Of a stretch of DNA of 34,238 nucleotides, positions 33,905 to 34,238 are shown one piece after another. How positions within the stretch are numbered: position 1 is the stretch's first letter; each line of letters begins with the position of its first letter. The stretch is taken from assembly GCA_024277315.1 (NCBI GenBank), contig JAJRVK010000073.1:1-34238 (forward strand). Direction: 5' to 3'. The DNA comes from an archaeon (GTDB taxonomy: Archaea > Thermoplasmatota > Thermoplasmata > WALJ01). Under the pieces are notes generated by a model. It was not told where the DNA came from. It ran no database searches and saw nothing but the letters and a program-made list of their open reading frames with translations. The position numbers were made by a program, and so were the translations under genes.

Positions 33905-34238
33905 CTATCGCTTCGTTTGTTTATAATTTTTCGAGAGGAGAATTCCGAAAATAATCGTCAGGAGAAGTGGAAGCCATCGGGAAGGGAACTCGGGTATCGG
34001 AACAGCACCATCTTCGCTCGGATATTCTCGGCTAATGCCAGCAGTGGAAAACAAAGGCGAAAACGACCTGGACAAATCGGAGCGCAAGAAATCCCCGTCA
34101 TCTCTATTGCCCTGCCAATCGGTGAGATATACGAAGAAGCTCGAGTTAGCACCCAGACCAATGTCCCCCGGGATTCCGCATTCGATCTCATGCTCGCCCA
34201 TCGCTGCATTCGCATCTCCGATATACGTCCAGTTCCAG
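33905..34238 (-). CDS. C-terminal part of a secreted/surface protein with a PEF-CTERM-like sorting tail (5' end outside the window)
   Basis: The frame stays open to the window edge (..WNWTYIGDANAAMGEHE..). It ends ...GAVPIPEFPSRWLPLLLTIIFGILLSKNYKQTKR, which reads as PEF motif, TM helix and basic tail. Confidence 0.6.
   Translation of the reverse strand, partial: WNWTYIGDANAAMGEHEIECGIPGDIGLGANSSFFVYLTDWQGNRDDGDFLRSDLSRSFSPLFSTAGISREYPSEDGAVPIPEFPSRWLPLLLTIIFGILLSKNYKQTKR

Overview
About 34 kb of archaeal-looking chromosome, probably from an anaerobic euryarchaeote. The evidence for that: AGG/AGA/ATA-rich codon usage, GAGGTGA Shine-Dalgarno motifs inside operons, and TATA boxes about 25-30 nt upstream of the first start codon of an operon. 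Sampled 60-nt lines give roughly 50-57% GC. Genes are tightly packed, about 40 in total.

Gene order:
- purH.
- A giant N-glycosylation-sequon-rich surface protein.
- Ogg2-type DNA glycosylase.
- Cysteine synthase.
- A frameshifted sfsA.
- An Lrp/AsnC regulator, transcribed divergently from a nine-gene oxygen/ROS-detoxification operon: rubredoxin, flavodiiron protein, superoxide reductase, Dps-like protein, rubrerythrin, ferritin, two ferritin-like paralogs and a mini-wHTH.
- A third, ligand-degenerate ferritin-like paralog.
- A peroxiredoxin remnant, 2-oxoacid:ferredoxin oxidoreductase alpha/beta, peroxiredoxin and CopB.
- An unknown membrane protein.
- A cutA / CBS-like / methyltransferase / cystathionine gamma-lyase / CopA / TRASH-YHS metallochaperone operon.
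- truA and dCMP deaminase.
- A sharply AT-rich island of about 2 kb (sampled lines 15-35% GC).
- A membrane protein, a methyltransferase, a GT4 glycosyltransferase, a membrane-anchored triple zinc-ribbon protein and SepF.
- A partial surface protein with a PEF-CTERM-like tail.

The most interesting locus is the AT-rich island (28176-30145). It carries only two translationally coupled genes. One is an ABC/AAA_15-21-type ATPase. The other is a 154-aa protein with a D-x15-E-x-K nuclease-like motif. I read this as a candidate horizontally acquired, possibly undescribed antiviral defence pair.

No rRNA, tRNA, CRISPR array, transposase or integrase was recognised. All functional calls rest on reading motifs in the translated ORFs. 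No database search was run.
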